A DNA stretch of 64,000 bases. Origin: an uncultured Methylococcaceae bacterium. GTDB taxonomy: Bacteria; Pseudomonadota; Gammaproteobacteria; Methylococcales; Methylomonadaceae. The stretch covers positions 4,438 to 68,437 of the forward strand of contig CAJADF010000100.1 in NCBI GenBank assembly GCA_903938485.1, given 5' to 3'. Under the pieces are notes generated by a model that worked only from the letters and a program-made list of their open reading frames with translations, was not told the DNA's origin and searched no databases. The position numbers and the translations under genes were made by a program. Shown here piece after piece: positions 50,365 to 59,422 of the stretch (positions are counted from its first letter, which is position 1; the number at the start of each line of letters is the position of its first letter).

Positions 50365-51039
50365 TTATATAACTCGTCTACCTAACAAATCTGTCACAGC
50401 AGAATTGGCTACGCCACATACTTTAATTTTATTTCTAATGATAGTCGCGTAGTCTTCATGTAAATGACCATGAAAAATATGCTTTACACCCATGGCTGCG
50501 CCCAACTCGCTAATAACCCTAAAGCCATGCCGATGAGAACCCGGTGCTTCATGTGAAACTAAAATATCTGCTTTTAAGGACTTAAACGCTTCAAACTCAT
50601 CATGCCAAATTGCGGATTTGTACTTTAATGACAAATCAGTTTGTTGCACACGAGGAGGTTGATTGATAAGAAAGTGTTCCTTGCCCAACCATTTTGGTTG
50701 CTGGGGTGGATACCAAACTCTACCCAGAAAGACGCCACTCAACCCAGCTACTCTTAAACCCGCTATTTCAGTGACTTTTAAATGTAAATTTCTATGAGAT
50801 AAAGCTGAATTAAATAGATTATTGTATTTTTCAGGGGTTTCGAAATCATGATTGCCAGCAATCCACCAAATCTCAGTTAAATCCGCAATTTCTGCTAGAT
50901 AATGATCTAAAGGTGCATCTAAATCATAATCTCCCAACAAAACAACGGCTTCTGGTTTATTCTCCAAAACAGCATTGATGATGGGTTTAAAATTTCCATG
51001 CGGATCACCCGCAAATAAAATTCTCTTATATTGACTCAC
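50365..51039 (-). CDS. metallophosphoesterase family protein
   Basis: 224 aa with the calcineurin-like motifs ILFAGDPHGN, LLGDYD, AGNHD and GHLH. Confidence 0.8.
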   Translation of the reverse strand: MSQYKRILFAGDPHGNFKPIINAVLENKPEAVVLLGDYDLDAPLDHYLAEIADLTEIWWIAGNHDFETPEKYNNLFNSALSHRNLHLKVTEIAGLRVAGLSGVFLGRVWYPPQQPKWLGKEHFLINQPPRVQQTDLSLKYKSAIWHDEFEAFKSLKADILVSHEAPGSHRHGFRVISELGAAMGVKHIFHGHLHEDYATIIRNKIKVCGVANSAVTDLLGRRVI

Positions 51040-51198
51040 TTTATCTCACTGCCTTTTTAGTTTGATAAGCTTCGATCAACATGTGAAAATTTCCAGAGTA
51101 AATACAAAAAACTATTAAATTAAAATCGACCCTTTAATGATAACTAGCAACCCTCTCAAGCAAGAATCATAATTAAGTCATAACCCACAAGCCAATAA

Positions 51199-52104
51199 CT
51201 ACGCAATTAACCTTGCTTCAGTAAAAGCTTGTCTAAAATCAAGATACAAAGGCTTATCAGTTTCTAACATGATTTTCAGCATCGTATTTTGAAGTTTATA
51301 CTTTACATTTCCAACAGCTAAAGCACCCACGCCTACCGCACCATTAGAATTTATGGCATGAATCAACGGAACACCCGCGTCATTATGCTTAATACCTTCT
51401 ATACCTAATGGAGGAACAGCATTGACATCACCAGCCACTTTAAGTTCCTTAGCGGCTCCAAGTACTGCAGCACTTAATACTTGCACTCCGGCTTTTGCGG
51501 CACAAAATATAATATCTACCTCTGCAACCAAGGCCGTTTTTTCTGCTTCAGAACTAGCCACCGCACCTTGTAAAGTACAAGCAAATCGACGGTTATAAGC
51601 TTTTGCAACATCTTCGGCAGCATCTATTGATAAATGATCGACCAAATAAGTTTCTGCACCGGCTAAAGAAGCAATAATACCCGTAGCAAGACCTACAGGT
51701 CCGGTACCACCAAAAACAAGTACTTTTGAACCTTTTAATTCTTTACCGTGCAAAGCAATTAATTGTTTCTCAACGCACGCCACTAACGCAGCAGCCGTTG
51801 TAAAAGCCCCACTAGGATCAGCAAAAACTGATATTTCGAAGGGCGGAACCATCGCTTGACGACTAGTATCTAACATATCCATCGCCAGGCCTAAATCGCG
51901 ACCACCGATGAAAAGAGCCGTCCTCTTTACACCGGCAGGCCCACGCGAAAAAATAGCATCTTGAGTTAACCTATAAACACTGTCTAACTTAACATTGCTA
52001 TAAGGCATAAGAATATCAAAACCCGCATCCACCGCCATATTAATATCAAATGGACTATTATTAGGTGTTGGATCAAACATGTGAAGAATGCTACGTTTCT
52101 CCAT
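51199..52104 (-). CDS. NAD(P)-dependent methylenetetrahydromethanopterin dehydrogenase family protein (Mtd paralogue 2)
   Basis: 301 aa. Mtd family motifs are present: ILHMFDP..SPFDINMAVDAG, FIGGRD, PPFEISVFADPSGAFTTAAA, GGTGPVG, DVNAVPPLGIEGI. I cannot assign the subtype (MtdA versus MtdB) by eye. Confidence 0.85.
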   Translation of the reverse strand: MEKRSILHMFDPTPNNSPFDINMAVDAGFDILMPYSNVKLDSVYRLTQDAIFSRGPAGVKRTALFIGGRDLGLAMDMLDTSRQAMVPPFEISVFADPSGAFTTAAALVACVEKQLIALHGKELKGSKVLVFGGTGPVGLATGIIASLAGAETYLVDHLSIDAAEDVAKAYNRRFACTLQGAVASSEAEKTALVAEVDIIFCAAKAGVQVLSAAVLGAAKELKVAGDVNAVPPLGIEGIKHNDAGVPLIHAINSNGAVGVGALAVGNVKYKLQNTMLKIMLETDKPLYLDFRQAFTEARLIA

Positions 52105-52126
52105 TTAGATATCCTTTAAATTATAA

Positions 52127-53035
52127 TTAACTATTCGATTTAATATATTCTCTCGCTACTTCAAACGCATGTTCAAAGTGCAAATAAACAGGTTTTTCAC
52201 TGCTAATCATTTTTTTCAATAAACGATTTTGAGCTTGATACTTTACATTACCGATAGCTAATGCGCCGATACCCACTGCACCACTAATAGAACCTTCAAT
52301 AGGGCTACCATTATGGAAAGCATCAACACCCGCAATACCCGCAGGTGGCACAGCGTTTACATCAGCTGCCACTTTTAACTGTGGAGCAGAAGCAATTAAT
52401 TCTGCACTTAACAACTCAATACCTGCAGCACCTGTTGCAAAAACGATGTCCGCAGTTTTGATATATTTGGCTTTATCCGCATCAGCACCCGCTGTTACAG
52501 TGATTTTACCATCGCCAAATTCATTGCTACATAAATCAGCAACCAATTGCGCTTTTTCTAACTGTCTACCAATAATTCTAACATTTGCACCCGCTTGCGC
52601 AGAAATAACCGCCGCCGCTTGACCTACTGGGCCTGTTCCGCCTAAAGCAAGAATGTTTTTGCCTTCTAAAGTCGTATTAAATTTTGTGATTAGCTCATGC
52701 TCAACCGCTGCAACCATACCCGCAGCGGTCGTAAATGCTCCGCTTGGATCAGCAAAAACAGACACTTCAAAAGGAGGTACCATTGAGCGTTTAGCCGTTT
52801 TTAACATGTCCATGGCTTGTTTGGTATCACGACCACCAATAAATATACCCGTACGTTTTAAGTTCTTAGTGCTTCTTGAAAAGATAGCATCTTGAACTAA
52901 GCCCTGCACTTCACTAGGTTCAACATTAATGTATGGAAGAGCCGTTAGCCAGCCGGCATCCAAAGCCATATTTACGTCAAATGGACTTAAATTTTTGGCT
53001 GTTGTTAACATGTGTAAAATAAATGGTTTTTCCAT
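52127..53035 (-). CDS. NAD(P)-dependent methylenetetrahydromethanopterin dehydrogenase family protein (Mtd paralogue 1)
   Basis: 302 aa with the same motif set (ILHMLT..SPFDVNMALDAG, FIGGRD, PPFEVSVFADPSGAFTTAAG, GGTGPVG, GRQLEKAQ, DVNAVPPAGIAGVD). By eye it is about half identical to the downstream paralogue. Confidence 0.85.
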   Translation of the reverse strand: MEKPFILHMLTTAKNLSPFDVNMALDAGWLTALPYINVEPSEVQGLVQDAIFSRSTKNLKRTGIFIGGRDTKQAMDMLKTAKRSMVPPFEVSVFADPSGAFTTAAGMVAAVEHELITKFNTTLEGKNILALGGTGPVGQAAAVISAQAGANVRIIGRQLEKAQLVADLCSNEFGDGKITVTAGADADKAKYIKTADIVFATGAAGIELLSAELIASAPQLKVAADVNAVPPAGIAGVDAFHNGSPIEGSISGAVGIGALAIGNVKYQAQNRLLKKMISSEKPVYLHFEHAFEVAREYIKSNS

Positions 53036-53155
53036 GATATCTCCTTAATATATTCAGCGGATAAGTATAAAAGAAAAAATAACAACATTCTCGCTTATTT
53101 AGCGTTAGACACAAAAATCTAACCGTATTTTAATAAAATTTTTAATACCGATTTC

Positions 53156-55726
53156 TTAGAGCAAGCCCTTTAACTTATAAATTAAATCCAGGGCTTGTTT
53201 GGGGCTTAATTCATCGGGCTGTATATCTTCAAGAAGTGCTACCGCAGGATGAAAAGCATTATTTGAAAACAAATCAAATTGATTTGCCCCCGTTGATGAT
53301 TGTTGTTCGCTATAAGCTAACGCTTCTAAATGCCGTAACTTAACTTTAGCATTTTCAATAACCACTTTAGGCACACCCGCTAAAGAAGCTACTTGCAAGC
53401 CATAACTTTGATTGGCAGGACCCTCTTTAACGGTATGTAAAAACACAATCTTATCGCCATATTCCATGGCATCTAAATGCACATTATGGATAGCTTTTTG
53501 CTCATCCGCTAAGGTCGTCAACTCGAAATAATGGGTCGCAAATAGAGTAAAAGCTTGGGTTTCTTTCGCTAGATAATCTGCACAAGCCCACGCCAAGGAC
53601 AAACCGTCAAAAGTACTCGTGCCTCGACCAATTTCATCCATTAAAATCAAACTTTGCGCAGTCGCGTTATGCAGAATATTAGCCGTTTCAGTCATCTCAA
53701 CCATAAATGTTGACCGACCACTGGCTAAATCATCTGAAGCACCAATACGGGTAAAAATCTTATCAATAGGCCCACACGACATAGTCTTAGCCGGCACATA
53801 GCATCCCATATGCGCTATTAATACCAATAACGCAGCCTGCCGCATATAAGTTGATTTACCGCCCATATTAGGCCCAGTGATTATCAACATACGACGCTGC
53901 TCAGAAAACAACACATCATTTGCCACAAACGGAATATCCGACACCTGCTCCACCACTAAATGCCGCCCCCCTTCTATAGATAAGCCCGTATTAGCTAATA
54001 AAGTAGGCTGTGATAAATTTAAGGTATCAGCCCGTTCCGCAAAATTAACCAACACATCTAATTGTGCTAAAGCGGTAGCACATTGTTGCAAGGGCATTAA
54101 AGCTAAAGCCAGTTGATTTAATAAGCCCTCATACAAAGCTTTTTCAAACGTAAGAGATTTTTCTTTTGCACTTAAAACCTTATCTTCAAAGACCTTAAGC
54201 TCTTCTGTAATATAACGCTCAGCACCTTTTAAGGTTTGTTTGCGCGTGTAATGCACAGGAATTTTATCGGCATGCAAATGTGATATTTCAATATAGTAAC
54301 CATGCACCCGATTGTAATTAACTTTTAAGGTAGAAATACCCGTAGCGGCCTTCTCACGATTCTCCATATCTATCAGAAACTGATCCGCGTTCTGACTTAA
54401 ATCCCTTAATTCATCTAATGCTTGATTATAACCACTCGCAATAACGCCTCCGTCTCTAATTAAGACCGGTGGATTTTCGATAATAGCGCATTGCAGTAAA
54501 TTTAATAATTCGGGTTGCTCCCCAATTTGAGTACCTAACATGGCTAATTGCTCGGTATCATCAACCCACAAAGCCTCTTGCAACATAGGCAAAACCGCCA
54601 AACTGTTACGCAACACTAATAAATCACGTGGCCTTGCAGACCGTAAAGCAATACGAGAACTGATACGTTCAATGTCGCCCACTTGTCTTAACAACGCATG
54701 AATAGCCTTATATTGAGAATTGACCAACAATTGCCCCACACAAGCATATCGACTATTAAGCAGTTGTTGATCACGCAAAGGTCTATTAATCCAGCGCCTT
54801 AAACACCGACTGCCCATAGCAGTAGCGGTTTTATCTAAAACGCCTAACAAGGTATATTCAACTTGACCGGAGGGATGATAATCCAATTCCAAATTACGCC
54901 GCGTTGCCGCATCCAACAAAATACTATCAGCACTATTTTCAGTGCTTAACCCTTGAATATGCGGTAAAGCCGCCTGCTGAGTATCTTTAACATACTGAAG
55001 CAAAGCGCCCGCAGAAGCGATGGCCGCATTTAAAGTATCACAACCAAAGCCTTTTAAATCGAGTGTATTAAACTGAGTAAGCACACGCTGTCTGGCACTG
55101 TCTTGATCAAAGTGCCAAGGTGGCCTGCGACACAAACCGTTACGTTGCTGAATATTTTGCGGTAAAGACCAGTCCTCACTATAAAGTAATTCAGCCGGTT
55201 TAAGACGACTCAACTCACTTAACAACTGATCTTCTGTATGAACTTCTTGCAAGATAAAACGGCCGCTAGTGACATCTAAACTGGCTAACCCGTATTTCTT
55301 GTTGATTAAACTAATCGCCACCAACAAATTATCTTTTCTATCTTCCAGTAAGGCCTCATCCGTTACCGTACCTGGCGTAACAATTCTTACGACTTTTCTT
55401 TCTACCGGCCCTTTTGAAGTTGCCGGATCACCTATCTGTTCACAAATGGCAATCGACTCCCCCTGCCTTAACAACTTAGCCAAATATCCTTCTGCGGCAT
55501 GATAAGGAATACCCGCCATAGGAATCGGCAGACCTGCAGACTGGCCTCTGCTGGTTAAAGTAATATCTAGAATTTGTGAAGCTTTTTTAGCATCATCAAA
55601 AAATAACTCATAGAAATCCCCCATTCTATAAAATAACAGGGTATCTGGATGGTCAGCCTTAATGCGCAAAAATTGCTGCATCATAGGCGTATGTTGATCG
55701 GCTATTTTTTGTTTTATACTCATCAC
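53156..55726 (-). CDS. mutS: DNA mismatch repair protein MutS
   Basis: 856 aa. The N-terminal mismatch-binding motif is [34 protein letters not shown], Walker A is [13 protein letters not shown], and Walker B is [15 protein letters not shown]. Confidence 0.97.
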   Translation of the reverse strand: MMSIKQKIADQHTPMMQQFLRIKADHPDTLLFYRMGDFYELFFDDAKKASQILDITLTSRGQSAGLPIPMAGIPYHAAEGYLAKLLRQGESIAICEQIGDPATSKGPVERKVVRIVTPGTVTDEALLEDRKDNLLVAISLINKKYGLASLDVTSGRFILQEVHTEDQLLSELSRLKPAELLYSEDWSLPQNIQQRNGLCRRPPWHFDQDSARQRVLTQFNTLDLKGFGCDTLNAAIASAGALLQYVKDTQQAALPHIQGLSTENSADSILLDAATRRNLELDYHPSGQVEYTLLGVLDKTATAMGSRCLRRWINRPLRDQQLLNSRYACVGQLLVNSQYKAIHALLRQVGDIERISSRIALRSARPRDLLVLRNSLAVLPMLQEALWVDDTEQLAMLGTQIGEQPELLNLLQCAIIENPPVLIRDGGVIASGYNQALDELRDLSQNADQFLIDMENREKAATGISTLKVNYNRVHGYYIEISHLHADKIPVHYTRKQTLKGAERYITEELKVFEDKVLSAKEKSLTFEKALYEGLLNQLALALMPLQQCATALAQLDVLVNFAERADTLNLSQPTLLANTGLSIEGGRHLVVEQVSDIPFVANDVLFSEQRRMLIITGPNMGGKSTYMRQAALLVLIAHMGCYVPAKTMSCGPIDKIFTRIGASDDLASGRSTFMVEMTETANILHNATAQSLILMDEIGRGTSTFDGLSLAWACADYLAKETQAFTLFATHYFELTTLADEQKAIHNVHLDAMEYGDKIVFLHTVKEGPANQSYGLQVASLAGVPKVVIENAKVKLRHLEALAYSEQQSSTGANQFDLFSNNAFHPAVALLEDIQPDELSPKQALDLIYKLKGLL

Positions 55727-55759
55727 ACTATTTTATCTGAAGTCTACCTTGGACACATC

Positions 55760-56236
55760 ATGGATAATGAATTAATTGAAATTGCTGAAATAACAGGACA
55801 ACGTTTAAAATCAAAAGGCTTAACACTTGCTACAGCAGAATCATGCACTGGTGGTTGGATATCTCAAGTTATTACCGAAATTGCCGGCAGCTCAGCTTGG
55901 TTTGATCGGGGATATATCACTTACAGTAACACAGCAAAAACTGAAATGCTGGGAGTTACGACAAAAACACTAGACGCATATGGCGCGGTCAGTGCACAAA
56001 CGGCAGAGGAAATGGTTAATGGTGCATTAACTAAAAGCACTGCCGATTGTGCCATTGCAGTTACTGGTATTGCGGGTCCCGATGGCGGCACCCCAGAAAA
56101 ACCCGTAGGCACTGTCTTTATTGCTTGGGCTTATAGAAATCAAGCTAGCATCGTTATAAAAAAACACTTTAATGGCTCACGCCATGAAATAAGATTACAA
56201 ACGGTAAAAGCAGCATTACAAGGCTTAAACGTTTAA
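55760..56236 (+). CDS. pncC: CinA-family nicotinamide-nucleotide amidohydrolase (PncC-type C-terminal domain protein)
   Basis: 158 aa counted from MDNELIEIAE.... It carries LATAESCTGGWISQVIT and GIAGPDGGTPEKPVGTVFIA. The ORF-track start at 55649 would add 37 poorly coding residues overlapping the mutS start, so it is rejected. Confidence 0.85.
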   Translation: MDNELIEIAEITGQRLKSKGLTLATAESCTGGWISQVITEIAGSSAWFDRGYITYSNTAKTEMLGVTTKTLDAYGAVSAQTAEEMVNGALTKSTADCAIAVTGIAGPDGGTPEKPVGTVFIAWAYRNQASIVIKKHFNGSRHEIRLQTVKAALQGLNV

Positions 56237-56457
56237 AACCCAAACTCTGATTCGTCTAAATCTTCAAACAACTCTTTTAGACGTTTCTTTTCCCAATATA
56301 TTTCAATTTTTCTTCTAGCATCGGTTTTAGCAGCATCCTCTTCAAACCCTCCCGATAAGGAAACTAAATCCGCACCATCAAAAACATCATCATCAATATC
56401 GGTATCCGATTTTTCATGTGCAGCTGATTTATTGGTTGATGTGGAAGATTCTTTCAT
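56233..56457 (-). CDS. small acidic protein, possibly PA3496-family (putative envelope-integrity protein)
   Basis: 74 aa. It has an acidic N-terminal half and a C-terminal RRKIEIYWEKKRLKELFEDLD motif. It is convergent with the CinA gene, with a 4-nt overlap at the stops. The family call is from memory only. Confidence 0.5.
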   Translation of the reverse strand: MKESSTSTNKSAAHEKSDTDIDDDVFDGADLVSLSGGFEEDAAKTDARRKIEIYWEKKRLKELFEDLDESEFGF

Positions 56458-56604
56458 TGTTTATTCCCCTCCATTTAATGACGATAATATTAAAATCGCT
56501 GAATAATTATATGTAAAGAAAAAAAACAATAGCAAGGCAAAAATTCACTTATCATAGTAGACCAGAATTAAAAATTAAGTCATGACAAAAAAGGTCAATA
56601 AGGT

Positions 56605-56952
56605 ATGAAAAACAGCGCAATAGAATTACCTACGTCTACAGATTTTTTCACTTCAGACTATCTTATAAATAATGTAGGCACGCCCTTTCTGATTGGCCTA
56701 GCCGTCGGCTATTTTGCTAAAAAAATAGTGTTACTCGGCCTATTATTGGGCGGAGCTGCAATAGCGTTATTGTTTGCAAGTGAACATTTTGAAGTGACCC
56801 ATATCAATTATGAGAAGTTAGAACACACCGTAGCACCAGCCACCCAATGGATAACTCAAACTAAAGACTTCTTAATCGCCCATCTTTCTAATTTTCCTAG
56901 CAAAGGCATCAGTGCAACGAGCGGATTTTTACTAGGATTTAAATTAGGTTAA
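56605..56952 (+). CDS. small membrane protein (FUN14-like)
   Basis: 115 aa with 2-3 TM helices (PFLIGLAVGYFAKKIVLLGLLLGGAAIALLFA ... SATSGFLLGFKLG). The family assignment is tentative. Confidence 0.5.
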   Translation: MKNSAIELPTSTDFFTSDYLINNVGTPFLIGLAVGYFAKKIVLLGLLLGGAAIALLFASEHFEVTHINYEKLEHTVAPATQWITQTKDFLIAHLSNFPSKGISATSGFLLGFKLG

Positions 56953-56971
56953 AAAAAAGCACACATTCCAC

Positions 56972-56999
56972 TAGACATCTTTTTTAGATCCTCTATAAT
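56972..56999 (+). promoter_or_regulatory. candidate sigma70 promoter for tRNA-Leu
   Basis: TAGACA-N16-TATAAT, ending 24 nt upstream of the mature tRNA 5' end. Confidence 0.3.
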
Positions 57000-57023
57000 A
57001 GTCGGCTTACCAAAGTTATCGAT

Positions 57024-57110
57024 GCCTCGGTGGCGAAATTGGTAGACGCAAGGGACTTAAAATCCCTCGTTCGAAAGGACGTGCCGGTTCGACTCCGGCC
57101 CGAGGCACCA
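57024..57110 (+). tRNA. tRNA-Leu (anticodon UAA)
   Basis: The sequence is GCCTCGGTGGCGAAATTGGTAGACGCAAGGGACTTAAAATCCCTCGTTCGAAAGGACGTGCCGGTTCGACTCCGGCCCGAGGCACCA. It is a class II tRNA with a long variable arm, anticodon loop CU-UAA-AA, and an encoded CCA. Confidence 0.93.
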
Positions 57111-57159
57111 TAGAATTCTAAGAGCTTACGCCGATTGCGAAGCTCTTTTTTTATGCCTG
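57100..57159 (+). repeat. direct repeat copy 1 (last 11 nt of tRNA-Leu plus its terminator); attL-like
   Basis: The 60-bp sequence CCGAGGCACCATAGAATTCTAAGAGCTTACGCCGATTGCGAAGCTCTTTTTTTATGCCTG is identical to 57608-57667. Confidence 0.95.
57120..57152 (+). terminator. rho-independent terminator of tRNA-Leu
   Basis: AAGAGCTT-acgccgattgcg-AAGCTCTT followed by a T-run, forming a perfect 8-bp stem. Confidence 0.7.
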
Positions 57160-57223
57160 TAAGAAAGTATCCCGCTTTTGCCCTATTTAACACCCCTTCA
57201 ATGCACAACCACCAAAACAATAA

Positions 57224-57358
57224 GATTCCTTGTTAAATAGCCGTGCCGAAATACTAGTTACATTAAATATTGCTGATTTTGTTCCCGCCAGTCAGTTTCG
57301 ACTGCCGGTATTAACGCCAGGTGCATTTTTGCGCCAATTACAAGAGGAGAACACCTGA
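57224..57358 (+). pseudogene. 3' fragment of a PIN-domain toxin gene (5' part deleted)
   Basis: The frame is open only from the TAA at 57221 and has no start codon. It reads DSLLNSRAEILVTLNIADFVPASQFRLPVLTPGAFLRQLQEENT*, which resembles the C-terminus of PIN-family toxins (..ILVT.N..DF....G..VLTP.EFL). Its TGA overlaps the ATG of the next ORF (TGATG). Confidence 0.45.
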
Positions 57359-57597
57359 TGACCAATTATGCACTCCGTGTTCCGGAATCATTATTTACCT
57401 ATGCACGAAAGATTGCAGAAGAAGAGCATGTATCTATGAATCAATTTTTTGTCATGGCTATTGCCGAAAAAGTTTCTGCATTAAAAACTGAGACCTATTT
57501 CTATGAACGACAATCTCGTGGCGAAATCAACGCATTTGATACATGGCTATCATCAAGCCCTGATAAAGAGCCAATTCTAGGTGATGAACTAAATTGA
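57358..57597 (+). CDS. ribbon-helix-helix / HicB-like type II antitoxin
   Basis: 79 aa, reading YALRVPESLFTYARKIAEEEHVSMNQFFVMAIAEKVSALKTETYFYERQSRG. This matches the small antitoxin family commonly annotated as HicB-family antitoxin. It is translationally coupled to the upstream toxin fragment. Confidence 0.65.
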   Translation: MTNYALRVPESLFTYARKIAEEEHVSMNQFFVMAIAEKVSALKTETYFYERQSRGEINAFDTWLSSSPDKEPILGDELN

Positions 57598-57607
57598 AGC
57601 ATATATT

Positions 57608-57667
57608 CCGAGGCACCATAGAATTCTAAGAGCTTACGCCGATTGCGAAGCTCTTTTTTTATGCCTG
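57608..57667 (+). repeat. direct repeat copy 2 (partial tRNA-Leu 3' end plus terminator copy); attR-like
   Basis: Perfect 60/60 match to 57100-57159. It includes a second copy of the terminator hairpin at 57628-57660. Confidence 0.95.
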
Positions 57668-57875
57668 AAATTTAGTGGGTAAACTTTTAAAACAAGTCTA
57701 AGTCTGCCCCAAGGAATATTTATATTGCTTAGGAAAATCCTTGGTGACTTCATAGACCAGCAATATTAGCTTGTAGGTGTCTCTATAAACCGGTAAATCA
57801 TAATATAAAGCCATGATGCAAAAATCAAAAATCGCCCGCTACGCGGGAAAAGAAAAGGGTTAAATAGATGAATAG

Positions 57876-58895
57876 TTAAAAAGCCCGCACCGCCCGAACT
57901 GGGACTGCGCTGTACTTATAGCTGCCGCTCTGGACGCTATCGTTGAAGCCCTGGTGCCACGCGACGTAGCTATCGTTCTCCGAAGAACTCCAGTAGTAGT
58001 AATTAGCAAACCCACCCACAACGTTTTTTTGCATATACAACAAATTAAGCTCATCCTTAGATGGCAGAAACCAATCATTATAGCCATTTAAGGTATACGC
58101 ATCTGCCAGTTTAGCCGCGGTATTGGCTTCAGCACAGCCGTTAACTATCGCAGCAGTATTCGTAGCGCCTGTGCCCACTGCTGTGCCTTGAGCACCAGTA
58201 ATTGAAGTGCCATAACACCCCCAGACATAACCAGCACCATTATTGATATCAACCGGTGCAGCCTCTAATCCGTGTAATCCACCATCAGTTACATAAAACA
58301 CCTTTCCTCCGGCTGGGCCAGTATCGCCTATTTTTAAAGCAATGCAATTAGTCGTAGTCCAAGTAGGCACGCCATTACACATTTTAAAAGTTGCGGCATT
58401 AAAACCTGCTGGAATAATCACCCAAGTGCTGCCATCCCAATACTGCATATCACCGACATTATTTCCAGCTTGAGGTAAACCGGCAGGACCTCTTGAACCA
58501 GGATCGCCCTTATCACCCTTAGGACCAATGTCTCCAGTATCTCCTTTAGGTCCCTGCAAACCTGTATCTCCTTTAGCACCTTGAGATGCTCCAGCAGGCC
58601 CAATCGGTCCCTTAGCACCTTGAGGTCCCGTAGCGCCTTTATCTCCAGTCGCACCCTTATCGCCCTTATCGCCCTTAGCCCCAGTCGCACCTTTTTTACC
58701 AATTGGACCTTCTTTGCCTTGAACACCCTGAATACCTTGTGGGCCTTTATCTCCTTTAGGACCTGTTGGACCTTTTGGACCCGCTGGACCTGTAGGCCCT
58801 TGAGCACCAACTGCGCCTGCTGCCTGTACCAAATTACTAACAACAAAACTTGAAGATAAAAGCGCTATAACTGCAATGTGTTTTAGTTTGATCAT
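57876..58895 (-). CDS. secreted collagen-like repeat protein with Lcl-type C-terminal domain (DUF1566)
   Basis: 339 aa.
- Signal peptide ends at VQA/A.
- There are 25 + 12 uninterrupted Gly-X-Y triplets (GAVGAQGPTGPAGPKGPTGPKGDKG...), split by one GASQ irregularity. They span roughly nt 58473-58817.
- The C-terminal domain carries GYNDWFLPSKDELNLLY ... YWSSSE ... VRAVRAF, typical of DUF1566 (the Legionella Lcl C-terminal domain). Confidence 0.85.
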   Translation of the reverse strand: MIKLKHIAVIALLSSSFVVSNLVQAAGAVGAQGPTGPAGPKGPTGPKGDKGPQGIQGVQGKEGPIGKKGATGAKGDKGDKGATGDKGATGPQGAKGPIGPAGASQGAKGDTGLQGPKGDTGDIGPKGDKGDPGSRGPAGLPQAGNNVGDMQYWDGSTWVIIPAGFNAATFKMCNGVPTWTTTNCIALKIGDTGPAGGKVFYVTDGGLHGLEAAPVDINNGAGYVWGCYGTSITGAQGTAVGTGATNTAAIVNGCAEANTAAKLADAYTLNGYNDWFLPSKDELNLLYMQKNVVGGFANYYYWSSSENDSYVAWHQGFNDSVQSGSYKYSAVPVRAVRAF

Positions 58896-59422
58896 AATTA
58901 GATTTTTTTAAGTTTGCGTTTGAAAGAGATTAATCCAAGGCCGGTAAGGAATAGCCATTATTAAAAACCTATTACCCATGAAATACTCAATGTTTATTTA
59001 TAAGGGAGGTGGATACTTATGAGTATTAAATAATAATATTGTTATTTAATAAAGGATTATCTTTAAATAAGTGAAGTATTTAATACCATAAAATGGTCAC
59101 AATATATTAATCTTTTGATTATATATGCAATTAATGATAAATAAATTAAAAGAGGGTTATTAGCTTTTCGCAATTATAAGATTATTATGGCGATGGTTAT
59201 TGTCTATCAGCGTCGAATATTTACCAGTTTCTACCGAAAAACAGCTTTCAGATTTACAAATATAAGTTTTTATCCGATTGTTATTTTGGGCGCTTATCAA
59301 TTTATGCACTTGAACTATTAACGCTGTTTTGGAAAGAAGCCTATAATGATTACTAGTTCCAGAATTTCAAATACCTAACAGGTTATTACAGCACCTCGAT
59401 TCATTGCTTTTTTACGCTAACA

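Larger units (their letters stand above)
57160..57607 (+). mobile_element. 448-bp remnant of a tRNA-Leu-integrated element (no integrase left), bounded by the 60-bp direct repeats
   Basis: It lies between two perfect copies of the tRNA 3' end plus terminator. It carries only a truncated PIN-toxin 3' fragment and an intact antitoxin-like ORF. Confidence 0.55.

Noticed and set aside
55649-55759. Longer N-terminus for the CinA/PncC-type gene (ORF-track start 55649)
   Set aside because: The extra 37 residues overlap the mutS start region on the opposite strand and look non-coding ([26 protein letters not shown]...). Family members begin near the MDNELIEIAE... start at 55760.
2719-56112. Numerous 60-110-aa ORFs nested inside or antisense to large conserved genes. 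Examples: 2719-2925, 3951-4151, 5223-5510, 5833-6077, 8789-8986, 11559-11789, 14112-14552, 15698-16426, 26853-27902, 30626-31535, 32499-32750, 33538-33756, 41690-42019, 42512-42700, 53619-54116, 55269-55502, 55921-56112.
   Set aside because: Each lies wholly within a longer ORF that has strong family motifs. Their translations are low-complexity or compositionally odd, and they have no independent support.
56993-57220. ORF 56993-57220 (-), 75 aa
   Set aside because: It is antisense across the entire tRNA-Leu gene and its terminator, so the reading frame is incidental.
58418-58853. ORFs 58418-58846 (-) and 58581-58853 (+) overlapping the collagen-like gene
   Set aside because: These are alternative frames of the GXY-coding repeat DNA. 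Their products are Arg/Leu/Lys-rich low-complexity strings, whereas the 57876-58895 frame has a signal peptide, clean GXY triplets and a recognisable C-terminal domain.
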